Shown: positions 34,213 through 47,722, counted from the stretch's first letter. The stretch: 64,000 nt of DNA from an uncultured Solirubrobacteraceae bacterium (GCA_963800545.1 CAWDBJ010000002.1:1379-65378), one strand, 5' to 3'. Notes: generated by a model not told the origin, from the sequence alone. Made by a program: numbers and translations.

Positions 34213-34548
34213 TCAATCCTCCTGTGGGGGTTCAGTGGCGTTGAGGGTGCGCGAGAGCTCGAAGCCGATGGCCACCCCGACCAGCATCCCGAGGCGGGTC
34301 TCCTCGGCCAGCAGCGTGCGCATCGCCCGCAGCTGGGCCTCGGGGTCGCCTTCGGCGAGGGCGTCAGTGATCGCCTGGCTGTGACCGGAGTCAAACCAGC
34401 CGCCCTCGGAGAGCGCCGAGGCCAGCACCCGCTGCAGGGAGGGCGCGGCGCGGAGCACGAGGTCCTGGGCGGCGTCCAGCCGTCCCGGCTCTGACAGCAG
34501 CTGCACGGCGGCGTCGAGTTGCTCCTGGGTGAAGGCAGGCTCGGGCAC
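34213..34548 (-). CDS. hypothetical protein
   Basis: 112 codons, coding-like bias (AAPSLQRVLASALSEGGWF...EETRLGMLVGVAIGFEL); TATTCT -10 upstream. Confidence 0.7.
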   Translation of the reverse strand: MPEPAFTQEQLDAAVQLLSEPGRLDAAQDLVLRAAPSLQRVLASALSEGGWFDSGHSQAITDALAEGDPEAQLRAMRTLLAEETRLGMLVGVAIGFELSRTLNATEPPQED

Positions 34549-34566
34549 TGCGTGGAGAATAGGCGG

Positions 34567-35586
34567 GTGGCCGTCCCGCTGACCTCGCTCTCGCACGGCG
34601 CCGGGTGTGGGTGCAAGCTGCCCCCGGCGGCGCTCGGTCCGCTGCTGGCCGGCTGGGCGCCGGTCGATGACGGGCGGGTGCTCGTGGGTTTCGCGGGCCA
34701 CGACGACGCCGGCGTGGTGCGCGTCCGCGACGACCTGGCGATCGTCTCGACCGTCGACTTCTTCACCCCGATCGTCGACGACCCGTTCACCTTCGGTCAG
34801 ATCGCCGCCGCCAACGCCCTCTCCGACATCTACGCGATGGGCGCCGAGCCGCTCAGCGCGCTCAACCTCGTCGCCTTCCCCCTGGAGCGGCTGGGTGCCG
34901 GCGTCCTGACGGAGGTCCTCCGCGGCGGGGCCGACACCGCCGCGCGCGCGGGGGTGCCGATCGTCGGCGGCCACTCGATCGACGACCCCGAGCCCAAGTA
35001 CGGGATGGCGGTCACCGGCACCGTCCACCCCGACCGGCTGCTGACCAACGGGGGCGGGCGCCCCGGGGACGCCCTGGTGCTGACCAAGCCGCTCGGGGTG
35101 GGGGCGGTGACGACCGCGCTCAAGCACGGGTTGCCCGCCGGGAGGTCGGGGCTCGAGGCCGCGGTGGCCGTGATGACTGAGCTCAACGCCGCTGCCGCCC
35201 GCGCGGCGCTCGCGGCGGGCGCTCACGGGATGACGGACGTGACCGGCTTCGGGCTGCTCGGCCACCTGCACGAGCTGGCGCTGGCCAGCGGGGTGGCGGC
35301 CGAGCTCGATGCCCGGGCGGTGCCGGCCATCGCGGGCGTCCTGGCGCTGCTCGAGCACGGCGACGAGGCGGCGATCGCCGGCGGCACGCGGCGCAACCGC
35401 GCCCACGCCGAGTCGTTCACGACCTTCGCCGATGACGTCGGCGCGGCGCACCGGTGGCTCGTCTGTGACGCGATGACCTCCGGCGGGCTGCTGGTGGCGC
35501 TGGCCCCCGCGGACGCCGGCGCGGTGCCGGGAGCGGTGATCGGCCGGCTGCGCGAGGGCGAGCCGGGGGTGGTGAGCGTCCGCTGA
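34567..35586 (+). CDS. selD: selenide, water dikinase (Cys form)
   Basis: HGAGCGCK, DDAGV, TVDFFTPIVDDP, ANALSDIYAMG, GGHSIDDPEPKYG, TDVTGFGLLGH, TSGGLL. Confidence 0.95.
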   Translation: MAVPLTSLSHGAGCGCKLPPAALGPLLAGWAPVDDGRVLVGFAGHDDAGVVRVRDDLAIVSTVDFFTPIVDDPFTFGQIAAANALSDIYAMGAEPLSALNLVAFPLERLGAGVLTEVLRGGADTAARAGVPIVGGHSIDDPEPKYGMAVTGTVHPDRLLTNGGGRPGDALVLTKPLGVGAVTTALKHGLPAGRSGLEAAVAVMTELNAAAARAALAAGAHGMTDVTGFGLLGHLHELALASGVAAELDARAVPAIAGVLALLEHGDEAAIAGGTRRNRAHAESFTTFADDVGAAHRWLVCDAMTSGGLLVALAPADAGAVPGAVIGRLREGEPGVVSVR

Positions 35587-35595
35587 GAGCGCCCG

Positions 35596-36358
35596 TCAGC
35601 GTACGTTGAGGCGGGCCAGCGGCAGCCCGATGCCGAAGCCGGCCAGCACGCCGACGACATCTGACATCCAGCTGGCCTCGGGCAGCGCGAGCGGCATGAG
35701 CACGATCGCCGCCGCGATCGCCGCCGCCCCGATGAGGTCGCCCTCGACGTCCCCGCTGCGCCGCAGCTCGAGCAGGTCGGGGACCGCCCACGCGCAGACG
35801 AGCGCCAGGGCGGCGCCGTTGGCCCCCAGCGGCGACCGGCACCGCATAGAGCGCGGCGGTGGCGGCCAGACCGCCGACGCCGCCGACGACGAACAGCACG
35901 AGGACCGCCACCGGCCCGTGGCGGCGCTCGATCAGCCACCCGAAGAGGGCGATGGAACCGATGGCCACGAACGCGTAGCCGGTGTTGTCGTAGGTGAAGG
36001 CCGCGGTGAACAGGCGCCACCACTGCGCGCCCGGCTTGCCGAGGATGATCAGCTTGCTCTCGTCGATCAGCCCCGTGCGCCACAGCAGGCAGCCGACGAG
36101 CCCCAGGACGACGAGCAGCCCGGTCGCGTAGGGATGGCGATCGGCGCGGATCCCGGGGATCTCGCCGCGCTTGAGGCGGGGCAGCAGCGGCGGCGCCGAG
36201 CGACGGACCTTGGGCTGGGCCGGGCGACCGTCCCGGTCGAGCTTCGGCGCGCGCTTGCGCAGCCGGTTGCCGCAGTACGGGCACTCGGTGATGTAGGGAC
36301 TGACCTCGGATCCGCAGCTCTTGCAGACCACGAACAGCTCTTGGCCGCCGGTGCTCAC
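35596..36358 (-). CDS. zinc-ribbon + rhomboid-fold membrane protein, apparently inactive
   Basis: CKSC...CPYCG, QWWRLFT, ERRHG, GANG at the GxSG position; frameshift near 35830. Confidence 0.75.
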
Positions 36359-36449
36359 GAACCGATTGTAGAACCGGGCGCTTCCCGCCCGGAACCCTTC
36401 GTCTGCGCCCGCGGCCGCGCGGTCGGCCGTCGGCCAGCGCGGCCGGCCG

Positions 36450-37551
36450 TCAGGCCAGCGTGGCCGCGACGATCTCCGCCATCACCTCGCGCAGATCGTG
36501 ATTGGCCTCGTAGACGACGACCTGGCGGGTCGCCCCGTTGCCCCGCGTCAGCAGGTCCTCGACCGCGTCGAGCTGGCTGACGGATCCCAGGTCCGTGGCG
36601 TGCTCGCGCATGCGGTCCAGCAGCCGCCGGGCGAGCGCCCGGGTGGAGACCCGGTCGGAGCTCGGCAGGTCGACGAGCTCGCCCTCGAGGCCGTGGCGGG
36701 CGGCCAGCCACTTGTTCTCGTCGAGCATCTCGAACGGGATAGGTGGAGAGCCGCTGGCCGGAGTCGAAGTGCTCGGAGAGCTCCTTGACCATCGCCTGGA
36801 CGAGCGCCGCCAGGCCGAGCGAGTGCTCGAGGTGGGTCTGGGAGTCCATCACCCGGATCTCGACCGTGCCGAACTTGGGATGGGGACGGACGTCGTGCCA
36901 CAGGTAGGTGTAGTCCTCGATCACCCCGGCGGTGATCATGAACTCGATCCGCCGCTCGTAGTCCTCCCAGTCCTCATAGGAGGGCGGGATGCCGACCCGG
37001 GGAAAGGCGCGGAAGATCGGCGTCCGGGTCGAGGCCATCCCGGTGCCGGCGGCCCGCCAGAACGGCGAGTTGGCCGACAGGCCGAGCAGCACCGGCATGT
37101 GGATCCGCATCCCGTTGGCGACGTGGATCGCCTTGTCGGGGTTGTCGATGCCGACATGGACGTGCATCCCGAAGATCAGCTCCTGGCGGGCGACGAAGCG
37201 CAGCGCCGAGATGAGGTCGCGATAGCGGGGGCGGGCGACGATCCGCTGGTCCTCCCACATGGCGAACGGGTGGGTGCCCGCCGACCCGATCGCCAGGCCC
37301 TTGCCGGCCGCGGTGGCCGCCACCTGGCGGCGCAGCGCCCGCAGCTGCTCGCCGGCCTCGGCGAGTGTCGCGCACGGGTCGGTGGAGATCTCCAGCACCG
37401 ACTCCATCAGCTCGGGCTTGATCTCGCCCACGGGGCGGGCTCGAGCATCCGCTCGATCGCGTTGACGAGCTCGAAGCGGCTCGGCGTCGAGGATCATCAG
37501 CTCCTCCTCGATCCCCAGCGTGTAGGCGTGTCCCTCGAAGCGGTGCTCCAC
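36450..37551 (-). CDS. carboxylate-amine ligase/glutamate-cysteine ligase 2 (YbdK family)
   Basis: TLGIEEEL, AGTHPF, FGMHVHVG, SANSPFW, WHDVRPHPKFGTVEIR, ENKWLAARHG. Confidence 0.92.
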
Positions 37552-37649
37552 GCGCGGAGCGTATCGGCGACCGGTAGCGTGCCCCCGGGCAGTTCGCGAG
37601 CCGCTAGACTCGGTTCAGGCGACAAAGTTCAATTGAGAAGGGCGATCTC

Positions 37650-38575
37650 ATGGCACTCGGATACGACGGCAAGCTCTACATCCTCGCGTTCGACCACCGC
37701 GGCTCGTTCCAGAAGAAGATGTTCGGGATCGAGGGCGACCCGACCCCCGAGCAGACCGAGACGATCTCCGACGCCAAGCGGCTGATCTACGAGGGCATGG
37801 AGGAGGCCGTCTAGCGCGGCGCCGAGGCCGGCGCCACCGGCGTGCTCGTCGACGAGCAGTTCGGCTCCGACATCCCCCAGCGGGCCAAGGAGCACGGGCT
37901 CAAGCTGGCGATGCCGGTCGAGAAGTCCGGCCAGAACGAGTTCGACTTCCAGTACGGCGCCGACTTCGGTGCCCACATCGAGGACTTCGACCCGGACTTC
38001 TCCAAGGTCCTCGTCCGCTACAACCCCGACGACCCCGACGCGGAGATGAACGAGCGCCAGCTGGGCCGCCTCAAGGAGCTGGCCGACTGGCTGCACGACC
38101 ACGACCGCAAGTTCCTCTTCGAGCTGCTCGTCCCCGCCACCGAGGACCAGCTCGCCTCCGTCGACGGCGACGCCGACCGCTACGACGCCGAGCTGCGTCC
38201 CGAGCTGATGCGCCGCGCCATCGAGGACTGTCCAGGACGCGCGGGATCGAGGTCGACATGTGGAAGATCGAGGGCGTCGACGACCGCGAGGACGCGGTCA
38301 TGCTCGCCGAGCAGGCCCGCTCCGGCGAGGGCCGCGAGGGCGTGCACCTGCGTCCTGCTGGGCCGCGGCGCCTCGACCGAGAAGGTCGAGCAGTGGCTCG
38401 CAGGTCGCCGCCACCGTCGAGGGCTTCATCGGCTTCGCCATCGGCCGCTCGATCTGGTGGGACGCGCTCAAGGGCTTCCTCGCCGAGGAGCTCGACCGCG
38501 CGGCCGCCGTCGTCCCAGGTCGCCGACAACTACCTGCATTTCGTCGAGGTCTACGAGGGCCAGAAGGTCGCCTGA
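37650..38575 (+). CDS. DUF2090/IolC-associated aldolase-like protein (in-frame TAG and frameshifts)
   Basis: LYILAFDHRGSF, LVDEQFG, PVEKSGQ, KVLVRYNP, WKIEG, GFAIGRSIW. Confidence 0.85.
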
Positions 38576-38656
38576 CGGCTCGCCGGCGCGGGGGCGCACG
38601 AGACGTTGCGTCCCGCGCTCTGCACGCGATCCTGCACCGATTGGTAGGCTCGCCGC

Positions 38657-38903
38657 GTGGCGATGAAGATGCGCCAGAGCCTCGCGCAGCTGGAGCAGGA
38701 GTTCCGGCACGAGGCGCAGCTGGACCGGAATCGTCGCGAAACGCTGCGCCGTCACGCCGTGCGCCGGTCGCGGCTGCGCACCCACGAGCGCGAGCAGCAA
38801 GCGCAGCTCGCTGCGCTACTGGGTGCTCGTGCTGTCGCTCATCGCCACGGCCCTGCTGGTGACCGCCGCGATGTTCGAGACGCTGTACCGGCTGCTCGGC
38901 TGA
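38657..38903 (+). CDS. small membrane protein
   Basis: Charged N-terminus, then [29 protein letters not shown] after a frameshift. Confidence 0.6.
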
Positions 38904-38906
38904 CGC

Positions 38907-39189
38907 CTAGCAGCCGGCGCCGGGCGCGTGACTGCCTCGGCCGTCGCCGCCGAGCTCGGCGTCGCCGCCGAGGCCGCAGCGCCGCGTCGACCTCTTCGCG
39001 GGCGTCCGCTCGGCTCCTCGCCGAGCGCTCCTGCTGGATCTCGAGGTAGACCTCTTTGCGGAAGACCGGAACATCGCGTGGCGCCTGGATCCCGATCCGA
39101 ACCTTCTCGCCCATGATCGCGAGCACCGAGACCTCGATGTCGTCGCCGATCATGATGCTCTGGTTGGACTTCCGGGTCAGGACCAGCAT
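38907..39189 (-). CDS. csrA: carbon storage regulator CsrA
   Basis: [52 protein letters not shown]; SD GGGAGG. Confidence 0.95.
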
Positions 39190-39391
39190 GCGTTGCCTCC
39201 CTGCTCGGCCTGCAGATACGAGTAGGGCGCATCCGCCACCCAGCGCGCTCCTGCCCTGCTGGCAGCATAGCGCCACCGCTCGAACGGTTCCAGACATCCG
39301 GTGCTTTTGCACGGGTATCGCTCGCATCTGTCCGAGACGGCGCAGGTCCCCCGGGCTCGTCGCCGTCGCCTGTACTAGTCTCCGCGCTCAT

Positions 39392-39951
39392 ATGGCCCGC
39401 AAATCACTCAGACCTGAGCTCAACCGAATCCGCGCCTGGGTCCGCCAAGGACGCACCGACGCCTGGATCGCCCACCAGCTGGAGGTCACCGTTCAGCAGA
39501 TCCAAACTTTCAAGCGCGAGCAGGCGCTCGAGCCCGGCGACGACGCCGAAGGCGCTGCCGCGGCGCCGACTTCGACGACGAGATCGACCTGCGCGCCGAG
39601 GACGATGCGCTGATCGCCGCCGAGCTCGACGCCGCCGCCGCGGCCGCCGACGACGAGCGGAGACCGACGACGACGACGAGGACGACGAGGCGCCGACAAG
39701 CCGGCCCGCCGCCGTCGCGGCCGCCGCGGCGGACGCGGAGGCCGCGGCCGCCGCCGCACCTCCGGCACGCTGGAGGCGACCTTCGACCACGGCGAGGAGG
39801 GCTACGGACTGTGGCTCGATCCCGCCGTCCAGGACGATCCCGTCTACGCCGAGCACTGGGCCGGCCACCGGCCCGTCGAGGTGGCGATCGAGGAGGATCA
39901 GATCGTGATCCGCCGCGCCGGCGAGCCGGACTCCGACAACGACGACGATAG
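39392..39951 (+). CDS. hypothetical protein (HTH-like N-terminus, acidic linker)
   Basis: MARKSLRPELNRIRAWVRQGRTDAWIAHQLEVTVQQI...LEATFDHGEEGYGLWLDPAV, joined across frameshifts. Confidence 0.7.
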
Positions 39952-39959
39952 GACGCGGC

Positions 39960-40294
39960 TCAGCCGTCGGCGCAGACGGCGCCCGGTGGTGTAGTCGCTC
40001 GCCTCGCGCGCGTAGCGCGCGTAGGCGGCGCCCGGCACCGTGGTCAGATCCCAGGCCGCCGGGGTGCTGGGCGCGACCCGCACGGCCACGTCGAAGCACC
40101 AGTCGGTTCCCTGCTCGATGTACAGCTGGGCGAGCTCGGACGACGGTGAAGGGCCCGCCGAGGCGGCGGCGCAGCTGCACCACGAGCTCGTCGACGACCC
40201 GCTCGAGCGCAGGCCGGTCGGCCGGCGCGGCCTCGCGCAGGCGGCGCTGGCCCTCCTGCCACAGGCCGATCAGGTCCTCGTAGCGGACGCTCAT
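39960..40294 (-). CDS. hypothetical protein
   Basis: WQEGQRRLRE...LRRRLGGPFT...YAREASDY, one frameshift. Confidence 0.65.
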
Positions 40295-40345
40295 CGGCGC
40301 TCCGGGGCACCGCGGCGCTCCGGCGTGGCGCAGCGGCGCGCGGCG

Positions 40346-40748
40346 TCAGTGCTGCGGGCTGCCGATGAGCGCGTAGGCCCGCTCGCCGGGGCGGACCATG
40401 CCCAGCGCGCGCGCGTCGCGCACGATCGTCGCCGGGTCGTTGAGCGCCTTGAGCTGGCCGCGCCAGCCGGCGGTTCTGGCTGCTCAGCGCGTTGACGATC
40501 GCCTGCTGCTGGTTGGACTGCGTGCGGGTCGAGAAGTAGGAGAGCGTGTGCTCGACGTAGAGCCCCACGACGATCGCCAGCACGACGAGCAGTCCGACCC
40601 GCCCGGCGCGGTCCCAGCGGACGCGCAGCGCCGGGGGGCGCAGGAGGACCTTGTGGGGCTTGGGCGGCGGGCGGCGCGGGCGTCCCGGAGCGGTGCGCGG
40701 CGCACGGCGCGGGGCGGCGGAGGCTGAGGCGGAACGGGCGGGCGGCAT
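40346..40748 (-). CDS. septum formation initiator DivIC/FtsB family
   Basis: TM segment, coiled coil, ARALGMVRPGE; follows eno as in other Actinobacteria. Confidence 0.8.
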
Positions 40749-40840
40749 CCCTTGACGCCTTCGTTCGACGCGGCCGTCCTCCTTCCTGCTGCAACGCCGG
40801 GTGCATCGCCTCTCGCCCTACCCCGGCCAGCGGCCGACCC

Positions 40841-42926
<2,086 letters not shown>

Positions 42927-44177
42927 TTACTTGCTGGTGGTGGCGGTGGCGCTCGAGGAGGCGCTGGCCGTGGCTGACGGCGCCGGCGTCGTGCCGGTGG
43001 CGCCGCTGCTGGGCGCCGGGGTGCCGCTGCTCGGGGCGGTGGCCCCGCTCGCCGGGGCGGTGGCGCCGGTCGCCGGGGCGGTGGCCGTCTTGGGGGCCTT
43101 GTAGCCCTTGCAGTCGGCCATCGCGTAGATGCGAGCGGCAGGTCGTCTTGGACAGCCAGTCCTTCTTGGCCTGGGTGTCGACCGCGGTCTGGGCGGCCTG
43201 CTGGAGCTGGCCGGTCAGCGTCTGCTTGATCAGCGCGGTCGACTGGGCAAGGCTCTTCTGGGTCGACGGGGTGATCTTCGTCACCTCGACGATGTAGTAG
43301 CCGAACTGGCCCTTGACCGGGCCCGACGAGCTTGTTGGGCTGGGCGGCGAAGGCCGCCTTGGAGAGCGCCGCGTCCTGCTGGCCGGCGGTGACGCCGGTG
43401 AGCGACGCCGCCCTTGCTCTTGGTCGTCGGGTCCGTCGAGTACTTCTTGGCGACCACCGTCCAGCTCTGGCCCTTCTGCAGCGCCTTCTTGGCGGTGGTG
43501 GCCTGCGCGGCCGTCTTGGTCAGCACGATCCGCATGTCGCGCGACTCGGGGGTGCCGAACTGCGCCTTGTGCGCGGCGTAGTAGGCGCTGATCTTGGCGG
43601 GGGTGACCGTCGTCGGATGCTTGGCGGTCAGCTTCATGAAGATCTGGTTGACCCGTACGCGGTACTCGATGTCGGCCTGCGTCTGGCCGCTCTGCTTGAG
43701 GAACGCCTGGAACTGGGCGGCGGTCGAGAACTGGCCCTTCTTGGCCTTGACGAGCGCCGCCTGCACCTGCTTCTCCGTCAGGTTGATGCCCAGCTTGTGG
43801 GCGGTCGCCTGGTACCAGTAGGCCTTGATCAGGAAGTCCATGACCTGCGAGGACAGCGAGGTGAAGAGCTGCTTGCAGTCGGCCCGCAGCGTCTTGACCG
43901 GCGTCTTCTTGAGGCTCGCGATCTGCGAGCGCGCCTGGGCGATGCAGCCCGTGAACTGCGGCGGATCGTTGGGCACGATCACCGGCTGACCGGGGCTCTG
44001 GGCCGCCTGACCCTTGGCGTCCACGTACATCCAGTGGTTGAACGCCTTGAGGCTGATCGGGTTGCCGGCCACCACGGCCACCGAGTTACCGGGAACGCTT
44101 GACCCGCAGGCCGAGAGGGCCATGGCTACGAGCACAAAAAAGGCGCCAAGCGCCGGGATGGACTTCCACGTCTTCAT
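42927..44177 (-). CDS. PrsA/SurA-like parvulin PPIase lipoprotein
   Basis: Lipobox LSAC, PESRDMRIVL, AKKYSTD..TKSKGG; position between mfd and mazG. Confidence 0.85.
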
Positions 44178-44279
44178 ACGACTCGGCCGATAGTAGCGAC
44201 CCGCTTGTGATGAAGCGGTTGCGTCGCGGTGACTCTTACGGGCCTCATAAGCGCGCCCGCCCGTGCGGGGCGACAGGGG

Positions 44280-47200
44280 TCAGGCGCTGACGGGCACCCG
44301 CTCGCCCGCGTCCTCCTGCGCCCCGCGGGTCACGGACAGCAGGACGTCGGCCGCCCGCACGATCGCCGGGAACTGCTGCTGGGGATCCTTGGGCACGCGC
44401 ATCGAGAGCTGCGACTTGCCGGACTCGTAGAGGGCCTCGGGGATCTCGGCGCGGATCGCCTTGGCCCGGGTCGAGTCAAGCTCGATCGGCGTGACCGCCA
44501 GCCGGTCGGCGCGCACGGTGACGGACTGGGCGCCCGCCTGGCCGAACTTGATCCGCGCCTGCTGGAGGAGGATGAGGTTGCGCAGGGGATCGGGCTCGGG
44601 GCCGAAGCGATCCTCGAGCTCCTCGCGCAGCGCCATCAGCTCGGAGACCTCGCGGGCGCCGGCGATCCGGCGGTGGACCTCGACCTTGGCCTGCTCGTAG
44701 GGCACGTAGTCAGACGGGACGTAGGCGTCGACGTTGACGTCGAGGCGGACCGGCTCCCAGTCGTCCGTCGGGCTGCCGCCGGCGGCGTCGGCGGCCTCGA
44801 CCGCCTCGTCGAGCATCTGCATGTAGAGCTCGAAACCGAGGGCCGCCACGTGGCCGGACTGCTCGTCGCCCAGCAGGTTGCCGGCGCCGCGCAGCTCGAG
44901 GTCGCGCATCGCGATCTTGAAGCCGGCGCCCAGCTCCGTGTAGTCAGAGAGCGCGCTCAGCCGCTGGCCGGCCTCCGGCGTCAACGCGGCCGCTGAGGGA
45001 TACAGCAGATACGCATAGGCGCGCTCCTTGGAGCGGCCCACCCGGCCGCGGATCTGGTAGAGCTGGCTGAGCCCGAACTGGTCGGCGCGCTCCACGATCA
45101 GGGTGTTGGCCTGGGGGATGTCGATGCCCGACTCGATGATGCTCGTGCACACCAGCACGTCGCCGTCGCCGCGCAGGAACTCGAGCATCCGCTCCTCCAG
45201 CTCGCCCTCGTCCATCTGGCCGTGGGCCACGAGGAAGCGCATCCCGGGGCACAGGCCGCGCAGGCGGACCGCCGTCTCCTCGATCGTCTCCACCCGGTTG
45301 TGCAGGAAGAACGCCTGGCCGCTGCGCTCCTTCTCGCGGATGAGCGCCCGGCGCACCAGCTCCTCGTCGTACTCGCCGACGTAGGACTTGATCGGCCGCC
45401 GGCCCTCCGGCGGGGTCTCGATGACGCTGATGTCGCGGACCCCGGCGAGTGACATCTGCAGCGTGCGGGGGATCGGTGTGGCGCTCATCGCGATGACGTC
45501 GACGCGCAGCTTGAGCTGGCGCAGCAGCTCCTTCTGCTTGACGCCGAAGCGCTGCTCCTCATCGACCACCAGCAGCCCGAGGTCGCGCGCCCGCACGTCG
45601 CGGGAGAGCAGGCGGTGGGTGCCGATGAGGATGTCGACCTCGCCCTTGCCGAAGCGGGCGATGGCGTCCTTCTGCTCCGCCGCCGAGCGGAAGCGCGAGA
45701 CGTGCTCGATGGTGACCGGATAGTCCTTGAGCCGCTCGGAGAAGGTGCCGAAGTGCTGCTGGGCGAGGATCGTCGTCGGAGCCAGGACCATCACCTGCTT
45801 GCCGTCCTGGGCGGCCTTGAAGGCGGCCCGCAGGGCGACCTCCGTCTTGCCGTAGCCGACGTCGCCGCAGATGAGCCGGTCCATCGGCCGCGCCGACTCC
45901 ATGTCGGCCTTGACGAACTCGATGGCATCACGCTGGTCAGGCGTCTCCGTGTAGGGGAAGGCGTCCTCGAACTCCCGCTGCCAATCCGTGTCCATCGGGA
46001 AGGCGTGACCCTCGCGGCGCTTGCGCTCGGCGTAGAGGTTCAAGAGCTCGCCCGCCAGCTCCTGAGCGGCACGCCGGGCGCGGGCCTTGATCGTGTCCCA
46101 GCGGGTCCCACCGAGCTTTGACAGCGGCGGATGCGATCCCCCCGCCGCCACGTAGCGGCTGATCTTGGCCAGCTGGTCGACGGGGACGAACACCCGATCT
46201 GAGCCGGCGTACTCGAGGTAGAGGTAGTCGCGGGTGACGTTGGCCACCGTCTTGGTGTCAAAGCCGGCGAAGCGGGCGATCCCGTGGTCCTCATGGACGA
46301 CGATGTCGCCGGTGCGCAGGTCGGCGAAGCTGCGCAGCACCCCGCGGGCCCGGCCCCGCTCGCGGCCGGGGCGCTCGGAGGCGCGGCGGCGGGCGAACAG
46401 CCGGTGGTCGGGGATGACCGCCAGGTGAAACTGGGGGGCGATGAAGCCCAGCTGGACGCGGGCGTTGGCGAGGGTCAGCAGCCCGGCCCCGGCGGCCGCG
46501 TCCGGGTCCTCCTCCAGCCAGCGGACCTTGAGCCGGCCGAGGTTGTAGGCGAAGCGCTCGCCCTCGCCGCGCCCGGCGAAGGTCAGCACCGTGCGGTACC
46601 CCGAGCGAGCGAGCTTCTCCAGCTCGGGCTCGGCCTCCTTGAGGCCGCGGGCGGCGATGTCGGCCGTCTGGGCGCGGAAGGCGAAGCGCTGGTCCTGATC
46701 GATGCTGCTCAGGCGGATCTGCACCCGCCCGGCGAGCGCGGCGCATGATCTCGTCGGGGTCGACGTAAAGGGCGTGGGCGTCGGCGTCGTGGAAGGCGGC
46801 GGTGACGTCCTGCCAGTGGTCGGCGAGCGCCGGGCTGAGCTCTTCGGAGCCGGCGATCATCACGGACGCCTGGGACCCGACCAGCTCCAGCAGCGGATAG
46901 AAGCTGCTCGACGGGCAACAGCTCCGTGATCGGCGGGCGATCCCCCGCGTCCTCGAGGGCGGCGATCTCCGCCAGCTCCCGGTGCTCCGGAGCCAGCTCG
47001 GCCGCCGGCGCGACCTCCACCACGTCGGCGTCGCCCAGCGAGCGCTGGGTGAAGGTGGAGAACCAGCGCAGCGACTCGATCTCGTCGCCGAAGAGGTCGA
47101 CGCGGACGGCGCGGTCCTCGGTGGCCGGGAAGAGGTCGAGCAGGCCCCCGCGGATCGCGAACTGGCCGCGGTCCTCGACCTGGTCGACGCGCTCATAGCC

Positions 47201-47684
47201 GGCGGCCACCAGGTCGAGCGCGGCCTCGTCGAGGTCGATCAGCTCCCCGGGGCGTAAGGCGAAGCCGTGCGGGCGCATCGCGCGGTCGGGCACCTTCTCG
47301 CTGAGCGCCACCGCGCTGACGACGACGACCGGCGCCGCGCCCTCCGCGGGCTCCAGGAGGCCGTCGAGGGCGGCGATCCGCAGACCGACGAGATGCGGCG
47401 GCGGCGCCAGGTGCGACTCGTAGGCGACGCCGCGGCTGGGGTAGTAGCGGACGCTGCGGGGGGCGAGCCAGGCCTTCAGGCCGGCCGCGAGGTCACGGGC
47501 GGCCCGGTCGTCGCTGGCGACGACGATCGCCGGGCGCTCGGGATCGCGGTCCAGCAGCGCGGCGATGAGGTACGGGCGCAGCGACTGGGAGACGAAGGCA
47601 TCGCCGCCGTCGCGGGCGAGCGCGGCGGTCTGCGGATCGTCGTCGGCGTGGGAGAGGAGCGTCGAGAGCATCGAGGGGGGCCAT
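44280..47684 (-). CDS. mfd: transcription-repair coupling factor
   Basis: GDIVVHEDHG, CGDVGYGKTE, DEEQRFG, SATPIPRT, QIRGRVGRS, DLELRGAG; frameshifts in the 5' part. Confidence 0.97.
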
Positions 47685-47722
47685 TCCCAGTCTAGGAGCG
47701 CCCGCTCCCCTGGCCGGACGCC

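Noticed and set aside
34594-34620. Selenocysteine in SelD
   Set aside because: The active-site codons are TGT-GGG-TGC (CGC); there is no in-frame TGA.
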